DNA of 64,000 nt from an uncultured virus (IMG/VR IMGVR_UViG_3300021387_003647) (IMGVR_UViG_3300021387_003647); one strand, 5' to 3'. Positions 22,223-34,835 are shown, counted from the first letter of the stretch. Notes: a model not told the origin generated them from the sequence alone. Translations and numbers: made by a program.

Positions 22223-23527
22223 TTATTCGGGTTTAGTTGCTTTGATGTTAATCTTCGACGGTAACATATATAATATATCTACAGTCGGGGCAATGAGTTG
22301 CTTGATTTCTTCAGTGGGCTTGTATGCCATCGGACTTTCGTCAATCGTTGCTTCGCAGACACTGGTTGAATAGACATCACCCATCGTTGCGATATAGTCA
22401 TCGAACGAAATATTCTTACGAGCTTGGTTACGACTCATCGACCGACCGGCACCATGCGGTGCAGAGAAGTTCCAGTCGGCGTTATTCTTTCCGCAACAAA
22501 CAGCAATACCGTCACGCATATTGAACGGAATGATGAGTGTCTCTGTGTTGAGTGCACTGATGCTTCCCTTGTGAATAATGTGCTGTTGCATATCGATGTA
22601 GTTATGCGGGCAGAACACGATGGGAACAGTCCGTACCTTATACTTCTTCAGAATATCCTTAATCAGATTCTGAATCGTGATGTGATTGTAATAAGCATAT
22701 GCTTGAGCAAAGCACATATCACACAAATAGCCGTCCATTTGCTTACCGGTCAAGTATCCGGGAATGTCTTTCTGCTGTTGTGCAACAGACTCCCAACGGC
22801 GGCATACTTTCTGTCCGAAGTTACGAGAACCAGTGTGGATAGTAATGCCCGCAATAAACGGAAAGTTCTGACGGTATGCTTCAGGGTCTGGTCCGACATA
22901 CTCACTGTCGTACCAATATCCGTCCTGTTTCGGAGCAGTCTTACGATTGTACCAAGGCAAATCGATGAACGAAACGTTATCTGCTTCTCCGTATTCGATG
23001 AAGTGATTGCTGACAGCCGATGAATACGTACCGAGCTGTTTATAGAACGTAGCCTTGTCCATATTCAATCGCTTCAACTGGTCATTGACCCAACGTTCAG
23101 TCACGAGGTCTGGCAATGCACTGAGATGCTCCGACCACTGCTGTTTCATCTTAGTAAACTGACGAGTCAGGAACTTAAAGAACTCTTTCTCGTCAATAAC
23201 CGGTTTCTTCTGTAAATCATAAGGCACAGCATTGCGCACTTTGTGTTCGAACTCAGCATATTTGTCTGCGGGAATCTTGTTACACAAACGCATATGACTG
23301 ACAGCACAGCCGATGTCGCCGCCGATATGACTCGGATTGATATAGTCTCCGAGCGTGGCAGAGAATCCTACTGTGCAACCGTGTCCGGCATGGACATCTG
23401 GCATATAGTGAACAGACTGTCCTTCGAATGCGGAAGAGTCCACTATCTGCTGAATCTGTTCTTTAGCAGCATCTTCAACATTCTCTGTGTGAATAACTGC
23501 TGTTGTGAATTTTCCTTGTATGTTCAT
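22223..23527 (-). CDS. rtcB: RtcB-family RNA ligase
   Basis: MPDVHAG, GGDIGC, NHFIE, HTGSRNFG, PHN, HGAGR, DESPMAYK motifs. Confidence 0.93.
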   Translation of the reverse strand: MNIQGKFTTAVIHTENVEDAAKEQIQQIVDSSAFEGQSVHYMPDVHAGHGCTVGFSATLGDYINPSHIGGDIGCAVSHMRLCNKIPADKYAEFEHKVRNAVPYDLQKKPVIDEKEFFKFLTRQFTKMKQQWSEHLSALPDLVTERWVNDQLKRLNMDKATFYKQLGTYSSAVSNHFIEYGEADNVSFIDLPWYNRKTAPKQDGYWYDSEYVGPDPEAYRQNFPFIAGITIHTGSRNFGQKVCRRWESVAQQQKDIPGYLTGKQMDGYLCDMCFAQAYAYYNHITIQNLIKDILKKYKVRTVPIVFCPHNYIDMQQHIIHKGSISALNTETLIIPFNMRDGIAVCCGKNNADWNFSAPHGAGRSMSRNQARKNISFDDYIATMGDVYSTSVCEATIDESPMAYKPTEEIKQLIAPTVDILYMLPSKINIKATKPE

Positions 23528-23537
23528 TTTATAACAA

Positions 23538-23882
23538 TTAATTATTCATTACACATCCTTGGATATTTGTTTTGTGTGCATCATTATACAACCCCAATGG
23601 AGCATTATCTCGTGTTATTAACTCGGGGATATATTCAAATTCCTCTTTGTCTGTGTCTATGACGATAGTAATACCTTGTGGTTTCCCTCTACGAAATACA
23701 TTAGCCAATTTTATTACTTCGCATTGAGCAATATTTGTGAATTTTAATTCCCAATCCATAATACTACCGGTCTGTTCTGAACCATTTTCTATAGATTTAT
23801 AATACATTTGAACTCGTTCTTTGTTCTCTATATAAATCGGGTTATTATGAGAGAACTGCTTGATAAAATCTTCTAATTTCAT
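23538..23882 (-). CDS. Hypothetical protein, 114 aa
   Basis: Operon ORF. Confidence 0.7.
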   Translation of the reverse strand: MKLEDFIKQFSHNNPIYIENKERVQMYYKSIENGSEQTGSIMDWELKFTNIAQCEVIKLANVFRRGKPQGITIVIDTDKEEFEYIPELITRDNAPLGLYNDAHKTNIQGCVMNN

Positions 23883-23887
23883 ATGCT

Positions 23888-24118
23888 TTAATTTTTATAT
23901 AATGTTAATACTCCTATTATGTATACTACGCAACAGATTGCCGAGTATAATACGGAATTCCAATAAGTGATGTGACTTGTCAAACCGAATAATGTCGGGC
24001 CGACCCAGTTAATGTGAATTGCCAAGACTAGCGGACCTATTCCGAAGATGACAGCTCCGAAAATGAGCACTAACAGTACCCAAGTCCACACTTTAAAACG
24101 ATCTTTAAATTTCTTCAT
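23888..24118 (-). CDS. Small 2-TM membrane protein
   Basis: Two hydrophobic stretches; ATG at 24118 after TATTTTTG (24146-24153). Confidence 0.65.
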   Translation of the reverse strand: MKKFKDRFKVWTWVLLVLIFGAVIFGIGPLVLAIHINWVGPTLFGLTSHITYWNSVLYSAICCVVYIIGVLTLYKN

Positions 24119-24224
24119 AAGCACGTTAATTATTGTTTTTTGCTGCAAAAATAATACATTTCCGGCAATGTTGTATCATTATTGCTGATAATTTAGGTAT
24201 TTTTAGGAAAACGTCTAAAAACAA

Positions 24225-24253
24225 AGAAGCAGAGTCATAGTAACTCTGCTTCT
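24225..24253 (-). terminator. Terminator AGAAGCAGAGT/ACTCTGCTTCT
   Basis: 11-bp stem after the stop at 24274. Confidence 0.7.
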
Positions 24254-24273
24254 CTAATGTTGTAAGTTATAAG

Positions 24274-25875
24274 TTATAATGCTTCTTTCTTCAGTTCAAA
24301 TTCCACTGAATCAATGAGAGATACTTTCCAAGTGATTCCATTAACAAACGGTTCAGTGCTTTCAACTACAGTTGTCCAAGTAGTTCCCATTGTCAATGGA
24401 TTATCTCCGTCAACTCTTACGAAGTATTCATTCTCTACTTTTCCTTCGGATGTTCCGATAATATGAATCATCGTATCTGTATATACATTGCTTCGCCGAA
24501 CATTGTTGTTCTTGATGTTAACTTGAATGCGATAACGCAAATATCCGTTCTCTAATGTATTCAATGAGAATTCTGTTAATTCCGGCTTAGCAAATCGCTC
24601 TTCATTCTTTGCTTCATCTACGAGAATATCATCGATATTACCACTCACCTGTACCCAACAGAATTTGTTTCTGTCATAGCATACACGGACTTTCGCAGCA
24701 ACATCGGGAACAATGAACTCACGAGACATCCATATACGCTTGGTATCAGATGTGTTGCTCCAAATAATCTTCCATTCGCTATTTTCGTTAGCATATAATG
24801 TATGAAGATTGCCGACAATAATACCGTTCTCATCTACAAACTCTACGGCAACCTCATAATCATCTGTCACTTGTTCGTTGTCATAACAATATGCATACAC
24901 CCGGATTTTCTTCTCCTTTTCATTATTATAATATAGATTATACGTGCGAGTATAATAAGCATCGCTGACATCATCCCGGACTATTCCGTTATCGACAACA
25001 ATATGTACTGGTGAATCTGCCTGGCCGACTTCTCCTTCGTAGTAAATCTCATTAGTCGTTCCTTCGTTATCAAACACAGGCACCGGTGTCAGTTCTTCTG
25101 TAGAATATGTCATATTACTGCATATTCCTTTCAGTGAAGTGATGGAGTTTTCTTCCTTCAGCACACTGGAATATTCATCATAACTAGTTATATCATCATT
25201 CTGATTCGTGTATAAGTCGGCATCGATGATAATCTGCTAGTCTGATTCAATGACATAACACTGGTTATTAGCATCGAAATAGATAGACAACTGTGCATCA
25301 CTCTGACCGGAAAGAATGGCTTTCATATCCAGAAAACGAATCTTTCCGTCACTCTGCTGTGTATCACTGATAATCGTCAACGGTGCTTCAATAAGATTCA
25401 GTTCTTCATCGGGCAAATCAGATGTATTGATGACGAATCCTTTGTAGTCTTCTGAATTCAGCACTTTACGACCGTTTGCATTAACCGGTTCAAAACTGTC
25501 TTCATCAGTACTGTCCAATACGATTTCTCCAACAGATTCAAAATACTTCTCGAAACTGTCTGATGTCAAGTGATCGGCAACGTTATTCAATCCGACAATA
25601 TCGCTGATTTTATATAGTTGCCGGTTAGGGAACAAAAAAGTATCGCCGTCGATGTAATCGCGTCCGATAAACTTAGATGAGCCGACGACGGGCATCTTTC
25701 CCTGACGGATACAGTTACCGAAGTTCTTCAGTGCTTCAGCATTCGAAATATCATACTGACTGACAAATAGCGACGTGCCGTTCATACCGGACTTTCCGTC
25801 CCGTCCGTCAACACCATAGAGTGGAAGACCGGGAGCATATTGCGTGTTGTTGTATTTCTGACTAACCAATTTCAT
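24274..25875 (-). CDS. Putative virion structural protein, 533 aa (joined through TAG at 25237)
   Basis: IESD(Q)QIIIDADLYTNQ bridges two same-frame ORFs; short GxY run near the N-terminus. Confidence 0.75.
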
Positions 25876-25886
25876 GTTACTATATT

Positions 25887-28800
25887 TTAATACTTATAAA
25901 TTTTCACTTGTGGGTGGATAATGACATCTTCGAGTGTATTCATCGTAATCGTCAGTATCATCTCATTGTTCTCTACGGTAAACACAGATTCGAAACCGTC
26001 TATCAAAGACCATTCGTCTGTTGTCACATCAACATCTTCAAACGTTACATTCATACCGGAATTTCTCTCACCGTTCTTTGCATACAGCACAACTTCTTTC
26101 TTGCGTTGCATATTATAGATGTTGAAGATACTGTTCTGAATGTATTTTCCGATTGCTGAGTCTGAACTGGAAAATCCTCTCCAGTTGCTGCGAAACACAT
26201 CATCTGTATAGAACTTCTCGTAAATGCTCTGCGTGATATTTATTGTTATCTTGCACTGGATACGGTTCTCAGCATACCGGTTATACTGACTGTTCCCGTA
26301 CTTCACCGTCGGATTAGAACGAGTGTTATTGAAATCGCTCAATAAGATATATTCATTCTTAATGACTATACACTTCGAACCGAAGAAAGATTTATCTTCT
26401 ATACCAGAATCATATCCGTTGATATATTCCCAGTTTGTTTCGCTTTTATATCTGCGATAGTATTTGTTGTCCCAATTAGAAGAGAATATCGATTTCTCGT
26501 CCAAAATGAAATAGTTCTTACTGACGGGAATCTCTTTTGACTTGTCGAATACTTTATTTCCTGTATAGGTACGCAGACGAGTGATAGAATCAATCTTCGT
26601 ATTACCGAGCAACATACTCATATCGAGCACTTCTCCGAGGTCATAGTCATTCGTATTGAAATTAAAGACATCATAGAATCTCGGCATAAAGTATCCGAAG
26701 TTGAACTTCGTTTTCTTCGGTACTTGCAGACTGATACTAATCGGATTGTATGTCTCTTCAAGTTCAATAGACTCTACTGCACCGTTTCTGATGACATAAC
26801 ATTCGAAGTTGCCGTTCAGAGAGTCCATATATTCGCTGATGCGTTCACCCGGACTTTCTATAGTACGTTCAGTGTTATCATCAAACAATGTCATAACGAA
26901 CGAGTCATTTGTCCTTCCGTTATTAGTAGTCAAGTTCTCATACTCAACACCGTCATTCAGTTCATCAAACAAACTGGTCACATACGGATTGTTTCCAGTT
27001 GCTTTCTTGAGAATTCCGATAATACCATCGTTGACACTGATGATGTTTTTGGATGTTTTCTCAACAAGTTCTCCGCTGTTGACAGTGTTCCAGTATATAT
27101 AATGTGTCTTTACTGCTTCATTGCCTCTCTGTATTTCAGAGCGACGGTCTTCCTGGATATAGTAAGCATCTTCTATCCAGTCTGGATAATCCACCAATTG
27201 ACTGTTTGTCTTATGACACATCATTGAAGTCTGATAACCGCAGATACTATCTGTGTAGATACTGTAAGGAGCATTGAATACACCGTATTCAGCAGTGGGA
27301 GTCAACGTAGATGTTGCTTCGTGTATCTGACTATATCGTCCATTCATCTTACGGATGTCGAACTTATGGTTCACAAACAGGATTATCTCTTCATCAACAG
27401 AGATATACAGTTCGTTGTTCTTGTCAGTATCGCTGTCGTTGATAATAAACACTTCGAAGTTGTTATATTCACCGATTCGCAAGTTCTGATTATAGTATTC
27501 ACTATTGAACTTGATATTAAACTTGATACCGTAATAGATAAACTCCAGTGACTGTACATATGAGTTATAGTAGCCGACAGCAGTGTCGATATTGCTGTTC
27601 TGAATCAACATCTTCTTGATAAGATGAATATCCAGTACGGAAGTAATGATGTCTTTGAAGTTATTGACAGTCAGACCGTCAGTAAACCACGAATCGGTAC
27701 TGTTCTTCGAGAACATATTCTTTACACTGTCGATAAGCGGAGAATATCCGTGCTCCGTGAAGAATCCTTCTGGCTGGTAACTCTTAGTCAGCAGCATATT
27801 CACATCAAGCACTGAATTACTGTCGAGATACAATCCGTTAGATTCCCACAAAGTATTCGTCTGTGGCACAACACTGATATTCAGGTCACTGGTATCCGGA
27901 TTCTTCCGGTCCTTGAAATAGTTCTCGTCTTTCTGGACTGGAATCGTTTTCGAGAATTTGTATGTCTGATACTCAGAAGAGTTCTCTGCATACAACACAA
28001 CATCCGTTGCAGCAGTCAACAAACCCGTATACATCTTTGCTTCATTCGGTGTTTCAGAGTCTGGGTTCGTTGTATAGTAGATGTCATCACCCATAATAAT
28101 GAACTTATACATCGAGAACTCGTTGAATGCCCCGGAAACGATGCGATACAGAATGTCTTTCTGAACACGATAGTCACTGACTGAATCAATGGAAAGAGTC
28201 GTACCGGCAGGAATAGTCACAGACATATCACTCTCTATTTCTTCACTCTGGTCCAGGTTGATGCTCATATCAATATCTTTAACCGAGATGATTCCCATCA
28301 CAGCAAGAGCAGCACTTTCCGGATTGAACACAGCCAATTCGAAGTTGTGCAGATACGGTTCATCGCTAAAGTCAATCAATACTTCGTTGACATTATACGG
28401 ACAAATAATAAACGAACGGATGTTCGGAGTCTCTACAATCTTCTGAGTATGAATATGCAGTTCATCAATACCGAAGTTCAATAGTGTATTGTCAGTCAGA
28501 TAACCGTTATTAACAGTCACCGACCGTGTCGTCGCAAACTGTCCGTGCTTCATCTTGATGAGCGGATGCTTCACGTTCTTCATCAAATCTGTGATGTCAT
28601 CATAGACTGTATAAGGATTGGTGAAGTCTCCGATGCTCTTGAACTGTACCAGGTTACTGTATCTCCATCCGAGAGTTTCCATATCCAGCAAAGAGAACAC
28701 AGCATATCCAGAACTATAGTTGAAAGTATCCGGAGAGACGGGAGTCATTTCCGTATCTTCAATCACAGAGAAATAACGGATAGTATCTGTTATCTTATTC

Positions 28801-31121
28801 TCTAAGTCTGTATATTCAATATAAGATACGGCTCTGTCTTTTGCTGTATCTGAGAAGAAAATGCCGTCTGACTCATAGTCATTGTCCATAAACACATCAG
28901 AACCAGCCAACTCACCCATTGCTTTCTTTAAAGTCAGGAGATAAGAACTGTCACTTATCTTCTCATTACGAGTATAGTGTATGTCGTACTTATTGTTTTT
29001 CTTCGTCAGATAAACTTTCCAGATTTTCGGGTCTTCGTGAATATTAGGAGCAGCGATATGCTGGAACCACACATTCTGATGCGTGGAGACAATACCGAGT
29101 GTATCATCGTTATATGACACAACTCTCACAAATGAATTAAAACGAAGCAACGCAGCACGTATTCTTTCCAGTTGAGTCTTTACATCTGCTACCTGCTGAC
29201 TGTCGTCTGCTGTTTGCGTATAGAAACCGATACGATAGAATTCGGTTTCCGGTTTCACTTTGTCGTCATCCGGGTCACTATGTGTAGAGAAATCTGTGTT
29301 ATTAGTCGATATATACGGAGATATAAGATTGTCTGCCGATACCAACCGACTGTCATTCGTGCCGATAAGTTCCAGACAGATATTCTTCTCTGTGCCGTCT
29401 TCATTGATGTTCAAAGCAATGAAACGCAGATGTTCACCGTAATGGACTGGTTCAGTGAAGTGCAGAGTAATGAAATTCTTGTCATTATCTTTCCACTTCA
29501 TCTTCTCCGACTGAATATTAACGATATTCACATCGGGATTGTCCACAACATATGATTTAATGAAACCCTGGACATCTTTCTCATCTTTCACACGAGCAGC
29601 ATCGTTGTTTGTTGTCATAAAGAATATCTTATCCTTGAAATCGTTCAAGTTAAAGATATTATCCAGAACATTCCTGTCAGATATTTCATTATCATCAACA
29701 TCATACTTATGTTGTACATTACTGTCATCTGTAATAATGCAACTATAATTCAGGAAATCGTTCTCAGTCAGATAGAGTCCGAAATAACGATGCATCGTAA
29801 ACTCATCCGTTTCCGGATCATTGTCATTGAACATAAACTCCAGGTTCAGGATGTACGGATACAAGATATTATTGCGCTCGTAACCGTTAATGATAAAGTT
29901 ATCGAAGTTTTCCTGGACTGCTTCTCCAGAGTTCAACACACGGTTGGCAAAATACGAAGACTCGATTTTGTTCGTGATGATGCCGCGAGCAACATCGATT
30001 CCTCGCCATGAATTGTTTCCCTGACGATAATTGTTCTCTGCGCCTGCTTTAGCGGTTGCTTCCGTTACTTTCTCTGAGTTCTGTTCAATGAACTGCATAT
30101 AGCACGAACCGTGCAGAAACTCAGAAATGGAGTTGTTATAATTCCGGATATACTGTCCGATACTTGTATAACTGCGCAAGTCGAATATCTTGACAACAGT
30201 AGAATCCATTAACAGAGTTTCTATTGCCTGCATGTCATTGACATCCGTCGACTGGTATGTCTCAGTATTGTAAATATTCTCAGAACGGAATATACAGAAG
30301 AAATCTGGATTGTTCTTACCCAGATGCAATGGAGCGAGAATCTTCATATTCTCCGGATACAGTTCGTCTGTATTCGTCTCTGCACCGTATTCATAGTCAG
30401 TGATGTACTGTTGATCGTAATTGTTATAATACTTATGTGGGTTCAGCGAATTGTCGGGAGTCTTGAAGAGTTCACTTTGCGGCAGACTACTGAATACAGT
30501 CATCACATCGTGCGGATAGTTTCCGTCACTCGATATGGGATATTTCCGGTAGTTCCGGGAATTCAGAATACTCGATGCCTTGAAAGTATCAAGATACAAG
30601 TTGTAGTCTGAATCAACAACCAGTTTGATATTACCCGTCAGTTTCGGATTCGTCCGGACTAGCATAAACGTATTCATCTTGCCGTTCAACTGGTTTGCTT
30701 CATACGTAGCCGGATATATCTTCTGAATGTCAGAGTCAGATACATAGACTTTCAATGGAGTTGCCTGGTTGAAAGCCGTTGATGAGTCATCAGCAAACAG
30801 ACTGACAGTAAACATACCGGTAGAAAACTCTCCTGCTTTCGGGTCGATGCGAAGCAGGAAGATAAACGGCCAGGCCGTAGAAATCATATCAGGACTATTA
30901 TCGTTGGTACGATTTGTCTTATATCGTATACTATTAATGTATAGTCCGTTCTGAATATAAACAGAGAACGGGTCATCAGACTGACTATAGTCTATGTGTA
31001 AAGAAATTTTCGAAGCATCACTCTAAGACAAGCCGTAAAGACTGGCAACATTGAGCAGCAGTGTACTCTTCTCGGGTGTGATGTTCGCAATGAACTTTCT
31101 GTTTGTTGAAATATCTGACAT
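25887..31121 (-). CDS. Large putative virion protein, 1744 aa (N-terminus extended through TAG at 31023)
   Basis: MSDISTNRKF...GLS(Q)SDASK in frame with the 1666-aa ORF; ATAAATA at 31149-31155. Confidence 0.8.
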
Positions 31122-31173
31122 TGTATAGTTCGTTCTTGAATTCTGCTTTATTTATTACGCAAAATAAAGAAAC

Positions 31174-31629
31174 TCATTCAACCGGTTTTACTTTTGCTTC
31201 TGTCCAAGATGGATTGTTGCAGAGATTGAACCCGAATATTTCATTTACTTCCAATACAGTGCCGTCTCTGTCAACTTCTCCAGCCATTGATGCCGCTACT
31301 CCCATCTCATTAGTCTGAGCAACTATAGTCTGTGCAACTTTTCCCCTCGGAGTATCTAACAACTGAATCTTGCCGAACAATTTACCGGTTTCTTCATCAA
31401 AATTGAATTCAGTAATCTTATGAGAAATATCAGCAATATTCTCGTTTGGATGACACGGTGCACCGTAATAGTATCTGTCTTGGTCATCACCCAAATAACC
31501 GAATGCTTTTCCGTCAGCAACTTTCTTCTGGTAGTCAGCAATAGCATTCTGCATAATACTACTATCGTATGTGCGTCCGTTACTGTTCTTCACTCCGCAG
31601 CACATAAATGTTCCTTCGAGTTCCATCAT
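31174..31629 (-). CDS. T4 gp21-like prohead core protease homolog, 151 aa
   Basis: KNSNGRTY, HP..ISHKI, GKIQLLDTPRGK, NPS motifs; Ser motif degenerate (GVAASMAG). Confidence 0.75.
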   Translation of the reverse strand: MMELEGTFMCCGVKNSNGRTYDSSIMQNAIADYQKKVADGKAFGYLGDDQDRYYYGAPCHPNENIADISHKITEFNFDEETGKLFGKIQLLDTPRGKVAQTIVAQTNEMGVAASMAGEVDRDGTVLEVNEIFGFNLCNNPSWTEAKVKPVE

Positions 31630-31736
31630 TGTTTACTTTCTATTTCGTTTCTGATTCGTTCGTACTCTTTACGGTTTCTCTGTTGGTCAAACCAAGCATT
31701 ATCTCTTTCTATTTCTTCTTTCGTATATTCGGGATT
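31626..31736 (-). pseudogene. Orphaned 3' remnant of a gene interrupted by the mini tnpB element
   Basis: NPEYTKEE...ESKQ* ends in an ATGA overlap with the protease start but has no start codon of its own. Confidence 0.55.
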
Positions 31737-31737
31737 A

Positions 31738-32002
31738 TTGTACTATTTTCATAAATTTATAAATTCTAATCAAATCTATAAATTAAACTACTCATTTCGT
31801 GCTCTGTCTGTTCTTCGGATTTTTAAATCCCCGAACATTCAGAACACATGGTGATACAACGTCACCTCTATCCAGTAAACTGACTAAGTCAGTATCCTGT
31901 ATTACATTACGGAGAAACTGATTATTCTTGCTCATATACTATTTATCATAGATTTTTACAAAGTTGACTCATTATATTTTATTTACTAACTTAAATACAT
32001 TC
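31738..32002 (-). mobile_element. Non-autonomous, internally deleted tnpB element (265 bp)
   Basis: Both ends nearly identical to 33259-34762 and 47464-48974; in-frame deletion junction at 31908/31909 gives a 47-aa mini-ORF (31792-31935). Confidence 0.88.
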
Positions 32003-32253
32003 CTGCGCTTCGGATGTTTGTCTATCCACGCATCAGAATGAATCCAAATACAATCATCTCCGGGATTCTTTCCGGGAATACATCTTTCTAAAGAATATCC
32101 AAGTGTCTTTTTATATACATTTAACAATATCCCCAAATTAGAAGAAGAATCAATCACACTCTTCGCCAACTCTTCAGACGGTTTCTCATCATTCAACCCA
32201 GTCGGTTCGAATAATGATTCCATCATTTTACTATAATCCGGTTTATTTTCCAT
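31972..32253 (-). CDS. Hypothetical protein truncated by the mini element
   Basis: Last residues NVFKLVNKI* come from the element's left end. Confidence 0.6.
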   Translation of the reverse strand: MENKPDYSKMMESLFEPTGLNDEKPSEELAKSVIDSSSNLGILLNVYKKTLGYSLERCIPGKNPGDDCIWIHSDAWIDKHPKRRNVFKLVNKI

Positions 32254-32719
32254 CTTGTTGTTTTCCTTCAAACTTTTCTTTTAAACGCAGATAGTTAGCA
32301 TACTCTCGCTCTTCTTCTTTGCGAGCATGTTCTGCCTTGATACGCTTCACTTCTTCATCAGAGAGATGATAGGGTCCCATATCGATGAGCATCTGGAGCT
32401 ATAAGTCGAATGATACCTTTCCGTCCGGACTGACATAAGAATGATAGACTTCCAATGAATCGTTATAAACTTTCTGAGACTGAATCCAGTTGTCAGTCAA
32501 CTTCATCTCATCAGTATTATCTTCTTTATACTCCATACCGACACAGACGAATGACTTGTCAGTAAACAAAATCAAGAACATCTGTTCACTATGGTCACCG
32601 CGATCGACAAATCCTACTTTGTCAACTACTTTACCGGCCCACTTCTTGCCGTCTCTGTTGTCATAATACGACCAGTCCACATCGTGCAGTCGTAATTGTT
32701 TGTAACCTTCTATCTTCAT
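32243..32719 (-). CDS. Hypothetical protein, 158 aa (TAG at 32399 read through)
   Basis: FDL(Q)LQMLIDMG...EREYANYLRLKEKFEGK to TAA at 32243. Confidence 0.75.
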
Positions 32720-32726
32720 ATGCTTA

Positions 32727-33272
32727 TCATTTATAATTATTTTCTGCCAAGAAAGAAATCTGAATAGGTTCTTTCATTTCAATACCCTGGTTCTTCGCTT
32801 CTGCTTCCACCATTTTGTTAATCCAGCATTCATAATGCTTGTAGATACGTTGGCGAAGACAGTAATAGTCATAGTCTTTGACGATGCTGCCTGCATCTGG
32901 ACTGTTCAACTCCCAGTCCGGGAAGAAACTCTCAGGAACACAAGCAACTTCAATAAAACGCAAACGAAGATAACGCAGCAGTTCTTTCTCTTCATCAGTC
33001 AAATCAACCGGTTTTTGTTCTTTCGGTTTATTCGGAACAATGAACTTCACATTCGTTTCGTATATGTTATCAGAGAAACGATTAATAACGAAAGCATCCT
33101 CGGTCTGACGAATCAGATTATACGGACGAATCAGTGTCTCTATATAAGAAATGTAATAATGTCCGTCACTATACCAATCTTCTGTAATCGGATTTCCTTC
33201 AGCATCTGCAATACGAGCAGAACTGAAATAGCCATATATCAGGAAGTTGCGAATATGATTGTACATTTTCAT
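32727..33272 (-). CDS. Hypothetical protein, 181 aa; start codon lies in the tnpB element right end
   Basis: ATGAAAATGTACAA is shared element-end sequence. Confidence 0.7.
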   Translation of the reverse strand: MKMYNHIRNFLIYGYFSSARIADAEGNPITEDWYSDGHYYISYIETLIRPYNLIRQTEDAFVINRFSDNIYETNVKFIVPNKPKEQKPVDLTDEEKELLRYLRLRFIEVACVPESFFPDWELNSPDAGSIVKDYDYYCLRQRIYKHYECWINKMVEAEAKNQGIEMKEPIQISFLAENNYK

Positions 33273-34762
33273 AAAATTTATAAATCTAATTGATTCTATA
33301 AATTATACTACTAATTTTGTGCTCTGCCTATTCTACGGATTTTTAAATCCCCGAATATTCAGAACACTTGGTGATACAACGTCACCTCTATTCAGTAATC
33401 TGCTCAGAGCAGAATCCTGTATTACGTTTGCTTTACGTAAGATTCCGACTGCACCGTTGCAGTCGGCATTCATCAATTTTCCAGTTGATGATTTGAACAG
33501 ACCACGCTTCGTTCTCTTTCCTAAGTAAGAATCGTGATGTTCCATAACTTCTCCAGCCAAGTGGTCACACTTAGATGTGTAACTTTCTTCTACTTCTATG
33601 AATTCTATCCCAACTTCTTCAAGTTTATACTTCAACTTTGAAATTAGTTCAGAATGTGGAATTGAACAAAATAGACGATTGTTCTATTTGTTCATATCTG
33701 CATTCTGCTTCCAGAATTCATTATGACCGACGACTACTCTACCTATACAATTCTTTAAACAATAATCTCTTATCATACTGCTTACATTATGAATATAGTT
33801 GAATTTGTAGTTATCATAGTCGAAGAGAATTCTATTCATTCTCCGTGAAAGTTTCACTTGTTTTAATAACCCGTCTTTACGAGAAACTTTAGTCAGTTCT
33901 CTGTTCTTTGAAATCAATACGCAAGACTATAGATGAGAAATTGTGTCATTTGTTTCGTTGATTCTTTGTTTCAGTTCGCTACTGCGAACTATGAAAGAAT
34001 CTTCTTTGTCTAACCCGAATGTAACACAAGTCAACAGATTCTTGACTCCCAAGTCAATACCCAATGCTTTATCTTTTGAAACAACTATCTTCAATTTAAC
34101 TTTATTCTCTCTTAAATCATCAATATACTTCAGATTCTAATCGTATATGAACGTAATCTTGAATTTAGAGTTATTTACATACTTTATCTTTATCATTACA
34201 ATCCAATCTTTCTTTAAAACACTTGGTATTTGAATCTTATAACTAGAACATGGTAGTGTTATCTTATCAGAATCTTTTCCTCTGAATCTGGTCTTGTCTA
34301 TTGTGATTATATTGTGTATTTTCTTTCTGTATTTGTATTTAGGCATCTAAGGTTCACTTGTGTATTTCTCTGGATGGTTTCTGTAGTCTTTCTTTGCATT
34401 AATCCAACTGAACCAATTATTATATGCCTAACTTATACACTCTTTCTTTACATTAATATCTAATTTAGAATTTCGAAATGAATCAGTTGGGTTAACTAAA
34501 TCAAACAAACCAAACTTTGTTGGATATTTCGGAATTTCAGACCAATTTAAATCTCTGCATCTGAAATATTCTTGACGAAGGAAATATAGTCCCTAATCAT
34601 AGAGCGAAACAGAATCTACGGTCATACTGTTTAACCGTTCATCGTAATTAACGAACGTGTGAACAGAACGGAGAAACTGATTATTCTTACTCATATACTA
34701 TTTATGAAAGAATTTTCACAAAGTTGACTCATTATATTTTATTTACTAACTTAAATACATTC
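33259..34762 (-). mobile_element. tnpB-only element, copy A
   Basis: Ends shared with two other loci; exact boundaries uncertain by a few nt. Confidence 0.85.
33303..34694 (-). CDS. tnpB: TnpB, 463 aa, 7 in-frame TAG (34593, 34428, 34347, 34137, 33927, 33684, 33333)
   Basis: SLYD(Q)GLYFLRQ; GIDLGVKNL; VEESYTSK; NADCNGA; all fragments in one frame. Confidence 0.9.
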
Positions 34763-34835
34763 TACTAATTGTACTACGTAATTTCAAAAAAGTTTTTCGT
34801 GCGGAAATTAAATGCTTGTTTGAGGAAATCCAGAA

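Noticed and set aside
31738..32002. Group I intron (IStron)
   Set aside because: Too short, all sequence is accounted for by tnpB ends, and no catalytic core is recognisable; splicing not formally excluded
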